Program-made: the position numbers and the translations under genes
Shown: piece by piece, positions 7,475 through 15,901 of the stretch
How positions within the stretch are numbered: the first letter of the stretch is position 1
Layout of the letters: each line of letters starts with the position of its first letter
The notes under the pieces: model-generated
Seen by the model: only the letters and a program-made list of their open reading frames with translations
What the model was told of the DNA's origin: nothing
Databases searched by the model: none
Source of the DNA: Tolypothrix carrinoi HA7290-LM1
GTDB lineage: Bacteria > Cyanobacteriota > Cyanobacteriia > Cyanobacteriales > Nostocaceae
Length of the DNA stretch: 16,146 bases
Reading direction: 5' to 3'
Assembly: GCA_019358935.1 (NCBI GenBank)
Contig: JAHHIK010000148.1
Coordinates: 1-16,146, forward strand

Positions 7475-7897
7475 ATGGCTAATCTTGTGGAAACTGCTGT
7501 CCAAGCTGGAAACTTCAACACTCTGTTAAAGGCTGTTAAAGCTACTAAACTCGATGAAGAAATTCTCAATACTCCTGGTTCGTATACAGTCTTTGCACCT
7601 ACTGATGAAGCTTTTGCCAAGCTACCCGAAGGAACTTTAGATGCGTTGCTGCAAGATATCCCCAAGCTAAAAAAGATTGTCGCCTATCATGTCAGTTTTG
7701 GCGATGTTAGGTCTGACGACTTAGCGCAAATTGAAGAAGCAGAGACGGTTGAGGGTTCAGTTTTGGCGATCGAGTCTGCTGACGGCAAAATAAAAGTCAA
7801 TGATGCCAATGTCCTGAAAATGGACATTCTCACAGACAATGGGGTAATTCATGTTATTGACCAAGTGTTAATGCCTGCTATGGTTGCTGGTTCCTAG
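7475..7897 (+). CDS. Fasciclin (FAS1) domain protein
   Basis: H1 motif YTVFAPTDEAF, central YH and H2 motif NGVIHVIDQVL; no signal peptide. Confidence 0.93.
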   Translation: MANLVETAVQAGNFNTLLKAVKATKLDEEILNTPGSYTVFAPTDEAFAKLPEGTLDALLQDIPKLKKIVAYHVSFGDVRSDDLAQIEEAETVEGSVLAIESADGKIKVNDANVLKMDILTDNGVIHVIDQVLMPAMVAGS

Positions 7898-7946
7898 AAC
7901 GTTTGCCCTGGCAAGGAATGTAGTTATAAAAATTACTTGCCCTCAC

Positions 7947-7987
7947 AAACCCGGTTTCTTGTTTAAACCGGGTTTCTGCGTTTTTTG
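7947..7987 (+). terminator. Probable intrinsic terminator or palindromic repeat after the fasciclin gene
   Basis: AAACCCGGTTT(7947-7957)/AAACCGGGTTT(7965-7975) forms a perfect 11-bp stem, followed by CTGCGTTTTTTG. Confidence 0.6.
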
Positions 7988-8007
7988 CGGCAATTTTAAA
8001 ATAAATT

Positions 8008-8021
8008 GTATCAATGAATAC
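8008..8021. promoter_or_regulatory. Candidate NtcA box
   Basis: t-GTA-TCAATGAA-TAC matches GTA-N8-TAC in an AT-rich intergenic context. I found no well-spaced -10 element. Confidence 0.3.
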
Positions 8022-8185
8022 TATAACTTACCCCAAAGATAGATGTAATTAGCTCACAAAAATTAATACTATCAATGCTGTTTGTTATAAAAATTCATGA
8101 GTTCGCATTGCAGATACTGCTTATAAAGCTTGGTCTTTAGATGAAGGTTGTCAAGATTACATGGCATCTTCCTAAATGGTTATTA

Positions 8186-8284
8186 GATAGTGGATAGTGG
8201 GAGCGTAGGTAGTGGATAGTGGTTAGTAAATAAGTGTTAACCGTAAACTATCAACCAACAACTAACAACTATCAACCAACAACT
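8186..8284. repeat. STRR-type inverted heptamer repeats
   Basis: A (GATAGTG/GTTAGT)n arm followed by an (AACTATC/AACCAAC/AACTAAC)n arm. Confidence 0.75.
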
Positions 8285-8347
8285 CAAAAAGCAGTAATCG
8301 ACATTGGTAATACTGTGCAATTTTTTGCAAATACCGGAAATTAACTA

Positions 8348-8662
8348 ATGGAGAATCTACTCATGGCAGCCGATTTAAATGCAACTATCTCAGCCTTAAA
8401 GAGTGGTATAACTTCTATTCCAGCTGATGCGGCGGTAAGCAACATTGAAAGCTGGGAAAATGAACTTAAGGATGCTGCACCGGAAATTGCTAGCGCTTTA
8501 GGTCAACTCAAAGCATCTCTAGTAAATGCTACCGCTACTCCTGACTCACTAAGTCAGCTGTTAAACAGCCTTGGTGAAAAGACTTTGTCTGCTGGTGCTG
8601 GTAACGCGCAAGCTGAAGAGTTAGGTTCTCTGCTGAAACAAGCAGGTAGTTCATTAGGTTAG
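8348..8662 (+). CDS. Hypothetical small Ala/Ser/Leu-rich helical protein
   Basis: Clean 104-aa ORF. An alternative start at ATG8363 is preceded by GGAG. No recognisable domain. Confidence 0.7.
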   Translation: MENLLMAADLNATISALKSGITSIPADAAVSNIESWENELKDAAPEIASALGQLKASLVNATATPDSLSQLLNSLGEKTLSAGAGNAQAEELGSLLKQAGSSLG

Positions 8663-8672
8663 ATATACAGTT

Positions 8673-8867
8673 GGTAATAGGTAATGGGGCATGGGGCATC
8701 GGGCATGGGGAATGGGGCATGGGGCATGGGGCATAGGGCATGGGGCATGGGGCATCGGGCATGGGGCATCGGGCATGGAAATACGCGATCGCTTCTTTTT
8801 ATTCCCATTGCCCATTGCCCATTGCCCATTGCCCATTGCCCATTGCCCATTACCTATTACCTATTAC
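8673..8867. repeat. STRR element, copy 1: (GGGGCAT/CGGGCAT)n - 29-bp HIP1 core - (CCCATTG)n
   Basis: Core GGAAATACGCGATCGCTTCTTTTTATTCC at 8777-8805. Perfect 16-bp outer inverted repeat GGTAATAGGTAATGGG(8673-8688)/CCCATTACCTATTACC(8846-8861). Confidence 0.9.
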
Positions 8868-8906
8868 TAAATAAAGATGGTAAGCATTGCCTACCATCTT
8901 TATTTA
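8868..8906. terminator. Bidirectional terminator-like hairpin between convergent genes
   Basis: TAAATAAAGATGGTA(8868-8882)/TACCATCTTTATTTA(8892-8906) forms a perfect 15-bp stem, 4 nt from the GH13 stop codon. Confidence 0.7.
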
Positions 8907-8910
8907 TTGT

Positions 8911-10371
8911 TTAACCTACACCCAAGATGCAGGCACTGCGTGGAGCAAGAGTCAAAGAAAGTTGCTTATCTCCCTCTTTACTCCACTCAACTTCAGCGGT
9001 ACCAAATAAAAGTTTGTCCGGTTGAGATTGCAGATTTACAGATTCTAAGTTGGCTTTTGCTTCCGCAGTACCAACGTTAACTGCAATTATTAATTCCTCG
9101 GTTCCCAAAGTTCGCGCAAAGATGTAAAGTGCCCCTTGAGCGTACAAGACTCGGTAATCACCTGTACGCAAACATGGGTAAGAGTGGCGTAAAGCAATTA
9201 ACTGACGGTGAGTATTGAGGATTTCTCGATTCCATTTAGCTTCTAAAGGAAAACCACGACGCGAGTCAGGATCGATCGCACCAGGTAAACCAACTTCATC
9301 ACCATAGTAAATGCTGGGCGCACCGGGAAAGGTTAATACTAGTAAAGTTGCTAAATCTACACTGGCAACATCACCACCAGCAATTGACATCAATCTTGCG
9401 GTATCGTGACTCGCAAGCAAATTTAGTTGAGTTAGTTGAATTTCCCAAGGATAAAGTTCCAATAATTCTTGGATTTTTTCAGCGTACTCAGCGGCAAATA
9501 AGGGTGGATAGGGTTTGTAGTCGCGACTTTGCACTTGTTCTAAGTCTACACGATCGCCTGCCGCAAAAGCGATCGTTGGTCCGGCAAACAAGTAATTCAT
9601 CACTCCGTCAAATTGCGTACCATCCAACCACTCGCGGGAATCTCCCCAAACTTCCCCAACAATGTATGCTTCGGGATTGATCGCTTTAACGCGATCGCGA
9701 AATTCTTGCCAAAAACCAGGAGTTTTTATTTCAAACGGCACATCTAACCGCCATCCGTCAACGCCTAATTTAATCCAATATTCGGCAATTTCCATGATAT
9801 ATTCCCGAACTTCCGGGTTATCGTGGTTAAATACTGGTAAGGCTCGATTTCCGCCCCAACCTTCATAATTTGCCGGATACTCACCGTTGTAAGGCGAAAC
9901 GGGCCAGTCTTCAATTTTAAACCAATTTACCCAAGGCGAATGAGGACCATTTTCTAAAACGTCGTGGAAAAAGAAAAAGCCGCGACTGGAGTGATTGAAA
10001 ACTCCATCCAAAACAACTTTGATATTGCGATCGTGCGCTGCGTCTAGCAATTCCTTAAAAGCTACATTGCCCCCCAGCATCGGATCTACCTGATAATAAT
10101 CGTGGGTATGATAGCGGTGATTGCTAGCCGATTGAAATATGGGCGTAAAGTAAATAGCGTTAATGCCCAAATTTTGTATGTAGTCCAGTTGCTCTAGAAT
10201 ACCCCACAAATCTCCGCCTTTGTAACCTTGGAGTGTAGGCATTGCTTCCCAATCTTCCCAACGTGCTTCATGCAAAAGCCGTTTGCGTGGCTGTTTGCTT
10301 CTGGCAAAGCGATCTGGAAAGATTTGGTAGAAAACTGCATGTTTAACCCAGTCTGGTGTTTGAATATCCAT
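8911..10371 (-). CDS. Glycoside hydrolase family 13, neopullulanase/cyclomaltodextrinase-like
   Basis: Motifs PDWVKHAVFYQIFPDRF, GGDL.GI, DGVFNH, GWRLDV, GEVW, SHD and YYGDEVG. It lacks the extra N-terminal dimerisation domain. Confidence 0.93.
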   Translation of the reverse strand: MDIQTPDWVKHAVFYQIFPDRFARSKQPRKRLLHEARWEDWEAMPTLQGYKGGDLWGILEQLDYIQNLGINAIYFTPIFQSASNHRYHTHDYYQVDPMLGGNVAFKELLDAAHDRNIKVVLDGVFNHSSRGFFFFHDVLENGPHSPWVNWFKIEDWPVSPYNGEYPANYEGWGGNRALPVFNHDNPEVREYIMEIAEYWIKLGVDGWRLDVPFEIKTPGFWQEFRDRVKAINPEAYIVGEVWGDSREWLDGTQFDGVMNYLFAGPTIAFAAGDRVDLEQVQSRDYKPYPPLFAAEYAEKIQELLELYPWEIQLTQLNLLASHDTARLMSIAGGDVASVDLATLLVLTFPGAPSIYYGDEVGLPGAIDPDSRRGFPLEAKWNREILNTHRQLIALRHSYPCLRTGDYRVLYAQGALYIFARTLGTEELIIAVNVGTAEAKANLESVNLQSQPDKLLFGTAEVEWSKEGDKQLSLTLAPRSACILGVG

Positions 10372-10400
10372 GAATCGCTCAATATACCTTCACAGACATC

Positions 10401-10426
10401 GTTACAAATACTTATATATTTGTAAC
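10401..10426. promoter_or_regulatory. Perfect AT-rich palindrome (operator-like) 30 bp upstream of the GH13 start
   Basis: GTTACAAATA-CTTATA-TATTTGTAAC (10-6-10). Confidence 0.4.
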
Positions 10427-10447
10427 TCACACTTCTGATAGATAATC

Positions 10448-10716
10448 AGTCAAAAGTCAAAAGTCAATGATCAAGGCTTAAAGTTCAATGATCAAGGCTT
10501 AAAGTTCAAAGCTCAAGGCTTAAAGTTCAAAGCTCAAGGCTTAAAGTTCAAAGCTCAAGGCTTAAAGTTCAAAGCTCAAGGCTTAAAGTTCAAAGCTCAA
10601 GGCTTAAAGTTCAATGATCAAGGCTTAAAGTTCAATGCTCAAGGCTTAAAGTTCAATGCTCAAGGCTTAAAGTTCAATGCTCAAGGCTTAATCCACCGTT
10701 GACTATTGACTATTGA
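10448..10716. repeat. 21-bp tandem array (~11 units) inside inverted STRR arms
   Basis: TCAAGGCTTAAAGTTCAA(TGA/AGC/TGC) starts every 21 bp from 10471 to 10681. It is flanked by (AGTCAAA)n on the left and (TTGACTA)n on the right. Confidence 0.95.
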
Positions 10717-10855
10717 TAACCTTATTCAAGTTTTTCCGTAATCTCTAAGATTGGTGTTGAATCAATAAGCAGCATTTTTTGCTGATTATAATTATTAATG
10801 GCTTAATTTGGTAATTATAGCGTTTTCTAGTCTGCTGAGGTACAAATTTATCTGC

Positions 10856-10990
10856 ACGGCAGGTGCTTCAAGCCGGGAAACCCTTTGGTGCAGTCGCTCA
10901 TGGGGGAAACCACGCCAGTCCCCTCAACGGAGGGAACCTCCGCACGGGGCTGGCTCCCCAAGACCGCGCTGCTTCACCAACGCACTGCCT
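10856..10990. mobile_element. Three nested small structured repeats (SDR5-like)
   Basis: Outer element 10856-10883 + 10977-10990, middle 10884-10911 + 10956-10976, inner 10912-10955. Each reconstitutes a closing stem plus a GC hairpin with a GAAA/GGAA loop. Confidence 0.75.
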
Positions 10991-11137
10991 TGTCCATCGG
11001 CGTTTATCTATCTTCATCTGCGGTTAATTCTTTCTTTAGTGGCAATTAGAAATGAAAGCGTGAATTAATGCGCTTGGTGCTGATGCTGCTAAAATCAATA
11101 CTTTGCTTACAGGAATTCAACATAATTTGAGGTAAAA

Positions 11138-12868
11138 ATGAGACACCAAAAACTTTCACCTGGTCTGCTGTTAGCGTATGAAGATTACCAACGGGAAGGA
11201 GCGCAAGCTTTAATTCCACAGACGCGATCGCTTGGTATCATGGCATCCAGAACCGCTATGCAGCAAACCAAGAGCATCGTTTTTATTTACTGCGACGAAG
11301 ACGCTGACTTAAGACACCTTCTACAACAAGGTATCGAAGTCAACCAAAACACCGGAAGTGTCCGCACAGCTTACTTACCCCTCAACAGTTTAGACCCCTT
11401 ATCTGAAGAAGCTGCCGTTCATCGCATCAAGCCATCACGCAAAATGCATCTGCGGATGGATGTCGCGAAAAAAGACGTACATGTGTCAGAGTTTCAAAAC
11501 AAAAGCGGACTCACAGGGGAAAAAGTCGTTATCGGCATTGTAGATACCGGTATCGATCCAAAGCACCCTGCTTTTAAAGGTCGAATTTTACGCATTTGGG
11601 ATCAAACTCTACCAGGTCCTGGTGTCAAAGAGGGAGCCTACGGAGCAGAATTAAGCAAAGACCAACTGACAATCTCTCAGGATACAGAAGGACACGGCAC
11701 CCACGTTGCCGGCATTGCCTCCGCTGCTGACAGCACTTATAGTGGTGTCGCACCAAAAGCCGAATTGGTGATTGTGAGAACAGATTTACAAGATGCTCAC
11801 ATTGCCGATGCAGTTCGTTACATTTTCCGCGTTGCTGGTGAAATGGGACGCCCAGCAGTAGTAAATTTGAGCTTGGGTGGACATGCCGATGCTCATGATG
11901 GCAGCGACTCCTTATCAAAAATCATTGATGCGGAAACCGGTCCTGGAAGAATTGTATGCTGTGCCGCAGGTAATGAGGGTAACGACAACATTCATGCTCA
12001 AGCGAAAGTCTCTACCAGTCGCATGTCTACTATCCGCTTTAATGTTCCTCAAAACCAAGTAGGCATTGTTTGGTTAAACGCTTGGTATTCTGGCAAAGGT
12101 AAGTTAGAAGTATCTGTGCGGAGTCCTAACGGTTTTGTCACTCCCTTCCAAAAAATCATTACCAAAGACAATCCCACCCAAGATTACCAGCTGCCAGATG
12201 CACAGGTGCAAATAGCCACACCAGGACCCGATCCGATGAATGGCGACCATAATTTCTTTGTGCAAATTCGGGGTAATGGTACAATGCCAGTTATGGGGGG
12301 CATTTGGCAATTGCGGATACGCAACACAGGTTCGAGGGAAACACGTTTGGATGTGTGGACGTTAGACGATCGCTCGGCAGTATTTTTCACCGGCAAAAGC
12401 GTGCAGGATGCTGTGAAAATTGGTTCCCCAGGAGCTGCTAAAAGTGCGGTTACGGTGGCTTCTTACACTACTAAAGTCAAATATACAGATATTGATGCCA
12501 AACCTCAAGAAGTGGGCTTGGAATTGCATGATATCTCTGATTTTAGCAGTGAAGGTCCGCTGCGGAATGATGCCCAAAAGCCGGATGTCGCAGCACCAGG
12601 AGCGATGATTGTTTCTACACTATCATCTACTGCTCAAGGTTTTGGGCGATCGTCGATGATTAATTCTAAGTTTGTGGTTTCCGCTGGCACTAGTATGGCA
12701 ACACCTTTCGTTACCGGCTTGGTGGCACTGTTGTTGCAACGTAACCCCAAACTTGACCCAGCTGGTGTTAAAGAATTGTTACGCAAAAATAGTTTGATCC
12801 CCGGAAAAGCAGCCGGAACGTTTGATAATAAGTGGGGTTTTGGATTGATTGATGCCAAAAATCTTTAA
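11138..12868 (+). CDS. S8 (subtilisin-like) serine peptidase with N-terminal propeptide and inserted beta domain; predicted cytoplasmic
   Basis: Catalytic motifs GIVDTG (D136), HGTHVAG (H186), AAGNEG and GTSMA. A ~140-aa insert between AAGNEG and SPG is reminiscent of the CspA/CspB jelly-roll. SD GAGGT is present; there is no signal peptide. Confidence 0.93.
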   Translation: MRHQKLSPGLLLAYEDYQREGAQALIPQTRSLGIMASRTAMQQTKSIVFIYCDEDADLRHLLQQGIEVNQNTGSVRTAYLPLNSLDPLSEEAAVHRIKPSRKMHLRMDVAKKDVHVSEFQNKSGLTGEKVVIGIVDTGIDPKHPAFKGRILRIWDQTLPGPGVKEGAYGAELSKDQLTISQDTEGHGTHVAGIASAADSTYSGVAPKAELVIVRTDLQDAHIADAVRYIFRVAGEMGRPAVVNLSLGGHADAHDGSDSLSKIIDAETGPGRIVCCAAGNEGNDNIHAQAKVSTSRMSTIRFNVPQNQVGIVWLNAWYSGKGKLEVSVRSPNGFVTPFQKIITKDNPTQDYQLPDAQVQIATPGPDPMNGDHNFFVQIRGNGTMPVMGGIWQLRIRNTGSRETRLDVWTLDDRSAVFFTGKSVQDAVKIGSPGAAKSAVTVASYTTKVKYTDIDAKPQEVGLELHDISDFSSEGPLRNDAQKPDVAAPGAMIVSTLSSTAQGFGRSSMINSKFVVSAGTSMATPFVTGLVALLLQRNPKLDPAGVKELLRKNSLIPGKAAGTFDNKWGFGLIDAKNL

Positions 12869-12888
12869 ACAGGCATAGAAGGATAGTA

Positions 12889-12939
12889 AATCAGGTCTGT
12901 ACAAGGGTAGGCAAAAAGTCTGCCCTTTTATACCTGATT
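12889..12939 (+). terminator. Stem-loop downstream of the S8 peptidase
   Basis: AATCAGGT(12889-12896)/ACCTGATT(12932-12939) encloses AAGGGTAGGC-AAAAA-GTCTGCCCTT, followed by TT. Confidence 0.55.
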
Positions 12940-13022
12940 ATCCCAAAGCGATCGCATGTAAATTGTCAAGTTCAATCAATCAGGATATTCAAGTAAACTA
13001 CCCACACTGAACTTGCGTTACA

Positions 13023-13953
13023 GTGTGGGCTTTTAGTAGCCCTGAAGAGTCCATGATGAGCGAGCAGCATAAACCATTCGAGCCTCTGGGCTGGTTTACA
13101 AAAACAGCCCCAATAGCAGCAATATTTTTTGCTCCGTTCAAATCGGCATCCCCACACCATCCACAAGTTTCATACAATTCACAATATATAGATAATTTTT
13201 ATCAATCCAGGTTTATAATAATTAGTTTGCCGTTTTATCAAATTAAGTATATTGCTGTTTTGTGTGGAGGTATAGCTGGTTTGAGTATGACAATTGCTAG
13301 TTTAAGAGCAATAGAGTTAGACAAAAACCGCGACAATTCAGATTTTTTAAAGTCGTGGGCGATCGCAGCTGCTTCTTGGGGTGGTACATCATTTTATAAC
13401 TTAGATTTGAGTAACGTTGATTTTACTAATTCTGAGTTAGCAAATACTGATTTCAGGGCAAGAAAACTTTACCGTACTTGTTTAAAGGATGTAAGAGGAC
13501 TAGATAGAGCCAGAATTGATAATCAATACTTAGATTTGAGTAATCCCCAAGTTGATTGGCGCAAATCAATCAGAAGCCTTAAAAGAATTCAGTAAAAAAT
13601 CTTTTGGGAATAATTTTTCGATTACTGGCAGTACAATTACAAACTTGGCTGGTTCTGGGGAAATTAATTATGACGAAGCTGCTAGTAAGATTCGCAGTTT
13701 TGTTGCAAATGGTAGCGAACCATCTCAAGCCACACGCATAGCTCAAAGTCTTTTACAGCAATTTCAGAATCAGAGTATTGCCACTTCTGCTGATGAACAA
13801 GCTGAACTTATTCGGCAAGTGATTTTGAGTGAGGCTAAAAAAGATCCAATTTTCAAACAGTTTATTGTGAAGCAAGGACAGCAAATAGCAGATAATATGC
13901 CAGAAAGCGCGATCGCAACGGCTATTCGAGAAGCATACTCCCAACTCATTTAA
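13023..13953 (+). pseudogene. Decayed membrane-associated pentapeptide-repeat protein gene in two overlapping frames
   Basis: A hydrophobic segment precedes AIAAASWGGTSFYNLDLSNVDFTNSELANTDFR…LDRAR…NPQV, a typical cyanobacterial pentapeptide-repeat architecture. The frame then breaks and a C-terminal domain continues in another frame (13552-13953). The 5' part looks non-coding or degraded. Confidence 0.65.
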
Positions 13954-14076
13954 CCTCAATACATTGGACAAGCAACATTGGGTGATACGTTAAATCTATA
14001 ATCAGACGTAGAACGCATGACATTACGTCTGTATAAGGGTAGGGGCTAAAAACCGATAAATTTGATAGCTTGGCTA

Positions 14077-14101
14077 TAGGGTAGGAAAAAATCCTGCCCT
14101 A
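14077..14101 (+). repeat. Hairpin homologous to the one after the S8 gene
   Basis: TAGGGTAGGA-AAAAA-TCCTGCCCTA versus AAGGGTAGGC-AAAAA-GTCTGCCCTT (12903-12927). Confidence 0.7.
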
Positions 14102-14131
14102 TTTACCTTTTCACCTGGGAGTCGTCGCAAT

Positions 14132-14428
14132 ATGAATTATCAAAAATTAGATGCCCCCCTGTCTATGGCACTTAAAGACGTTCAAAACACAGATGAACCT
14201 AGCTTGCAGGTTTTCATCCATACTGAACCTGTTTCAAATGCCGAAACTGCCACTTTAGAAAATTTAGGTGTCAGTGGAGTTACTAGTGGCAAAGATGTAT
14301 TCACAGCAACACTGTCTCCAAGTGCTATTTCCCAACTGTCTGAGCAGCCGTGGGTGCAATATGTGAAACTGTCGCAAACATTGCATCTGGCTAATCAGGG
14401 CTACGGTATGAAACGTGTGCGCTTTTGA
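14132..14428 (+). CDS. Small protein homologous to the S8 peptidase propeptide (putative I9-like inhibitor/chaperone)
   Basis: Shares colinear blocks with S8 residues 1-105: M..QKL...L..A..D.Q, VFI, L...G, V.TA.L, and LSE...V..(I/V)K.S..(M/L)HL. SD GGGAG is present. Confidence 0.8.
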   Translation: MNYQKLDAPLSMALKDVQNTDEPSLQVFIHTEPVSNAETATLENLGVSGVTSGKDVFTATLSPSAISQLSEQPWVQYVKLSQTLHLANQGYGMKRVRF

Positions 14429-14605
14429 TAATAAATAACGCAAATTGATACAGGCGATCGCCAATGCCCGCGATAACCTATCCCACTGATTACTAGAAAC
14501 ATCCCGCAAAGTTAACTCAGAACAATATACGATCCCCCCCTTACCAGCGGTCTCAGACAGTCCTAAACTGTATGTGAGAGTTGAAAGGCAGTTGGGAGAA
14601 ATTTT

Positions 14606-15895
14606 GTGAAAAAAGTATTAGCAATCATTCTCGGTGGCGGTGCGGGTACTCGTCTTTATCCGCTTACCAAATTACGCGCTAAACCAGCGGTACCCGTAGC
14701 CGGAAAGTACCGCTTAATAGATATTCCTGTCAGTAACTGCATAAATTCCGAAATATTCAAAATTTATGTTCTGACTCAATTCAACTCAGCCTCTTTAAAC
14801 CGTCATATTGCCCGTACTTACAACTTTTCTGGTTTTAATGAAGGATTTGTAGAAGTGCTAGCCGCACAGCAAACGCCGGAAAATCCCAATTGGTTCCAAG
14901 GGACTGCGGATGCTGTGCGTCAATATATTTGGCTGTTGCAAGAATGGGATGCAGAGGAATTTATCATTCTATCAGGCGATCACCTTTACCGGATGGATTA
15001 TCGCCAGTTTGTGCAGCGTCATCGAGAAACTGGAGCCGATATTACTCTATCAGTGATCCCGATGGACGATCGCCGCGCTTCGGATTTTGGCTTGATGAAA
15101 ATCGATCAGTCTGGTAGAGTTATCGATTTTAGCGAAAAACCCAAAGGCGATGCTTTATATCAGATGCGGGTTGATACAAGTCTACTCGGTTTATCAGCAG
15201 AACAGGCTCAACGGCAACCCTACATCGCTTCGATGGGGATTTATGTCTTTAAAAAAGACGTTTTGATCAAGTTGTTGAAAGAATCTTTAGAAAAAACTGA
15301 CTTTGGTAAAGAAATTATTCCAGATGCAGCTAAAGATCACAACGTTCAAGCTTATTTATTTGATGGCTACTGGGAAGACATTGGAACAATTGAATCGTTT
15401 TATGATGCTAATTTGGCGCTGACTCAGCAACCCTTACCACCTTTTAGCTTCTATGATGAACAATCTCCAATTTATACCCGCGCTCGTTACTTACCTCCGA
15501 GTAAACTATTAGATTGCAAGATTTCCCAATCGATGATAGGTGAAGGTTGTATTCTGAAAAATTGCCGAATCGATCATTCGGTTTTGGGAGTGCGATCGCG
15601 TATTGAATCTGGTTCCGTAATTGAAGATACTCTAATTATGGGAGCCGATTTTTATCAAGCATTCGCCGAACGACATACAAACTGTCAAGATGGTGAAGTT
15701 CCCTTGGGTATCGGTGCTAACACCACAATTCGCCGCGCCATCATTGACAAAAACGCCAGCATCGGCTGTGATGTGCAAATTATCAATAAAGATAACGTGC
15801 AAGAAGCCGAACGCGAAAGTCAAGGCTTTTACATCCGCAGCGGTATCGTCGTTGTGCTGAAAAATGCCGTGATTGCTGATGGAACGATAATTTAA
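14606..15895 (+). CDS. glgC: Glucose-1-phosphate adenylyltransferase (ADP-glucose pyrophosphorylase)
   Basis: GTG start, 429 aa. Motifs [45 protein letters not shown] and YWEDIGT. Confidence 0.98.
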   Translation: MKKVLAIILGGGAGTRLYPLTKLRAKPAVPVAGKYRLIDIPVSNCINSEIFKIYVLTQFNSASLNRHIARTYNFSGFNEGFVEVLAAQQTPENPNWFQGTADAVRQYIWLLQEWDAEEFIILSGDHLYRMDYRQFVQRHRETGADITLSVIPMDDRRASDFGLMKIDQSGRVIDFSEKPKGDALYQMRVDTSLLGLSAEQAQRQPYIASMGIYVFKKDVLIKLLKESLEKTDFGKEIIPDAAKDHNVQAYLFDGYWEDIGTIESFYDANLALTQQPLPPFSFYDEQSPIYTRARYLPPSKLLDCKISQSMIGEGCILKNCRIDHSVLGVRSRIESGSVIEDTLIMGADFYQAFAERHTNCQDGEVPLGIGANTTIRRAIIDKNASIGCDVQIINKDNVQEAERESQGFYIRSGIVVVLKNAVIADGTII

Positions 15896-15901
15896 AAGTT
15901 A

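Noticed and set aside
8535..8914. ORFs encoding MPHAPCP / MGNGQWA / MGHGAWG repeats
   Set aside because: These are translations of stop-free heptamer repeats, open in several frames and on both strands.
10464..10691. CRISPR array
   Set aside because: Units are directly adjacent with only a 3-nt variable position; there are no unique spacers and no cas genes in the window.
10464..10691. Repeat-coded peptide (SRLKVQS)n
   Set aside because: TGA variants interrupt that frame, there is no start codon or SD, and the other frames contain recurring stops.
10808..11068. 86-aa ORF upstream of the S8 peptidase
   Set aside because: TTG start, and it is open mainly because it crosses the GC-rich nested repeats.
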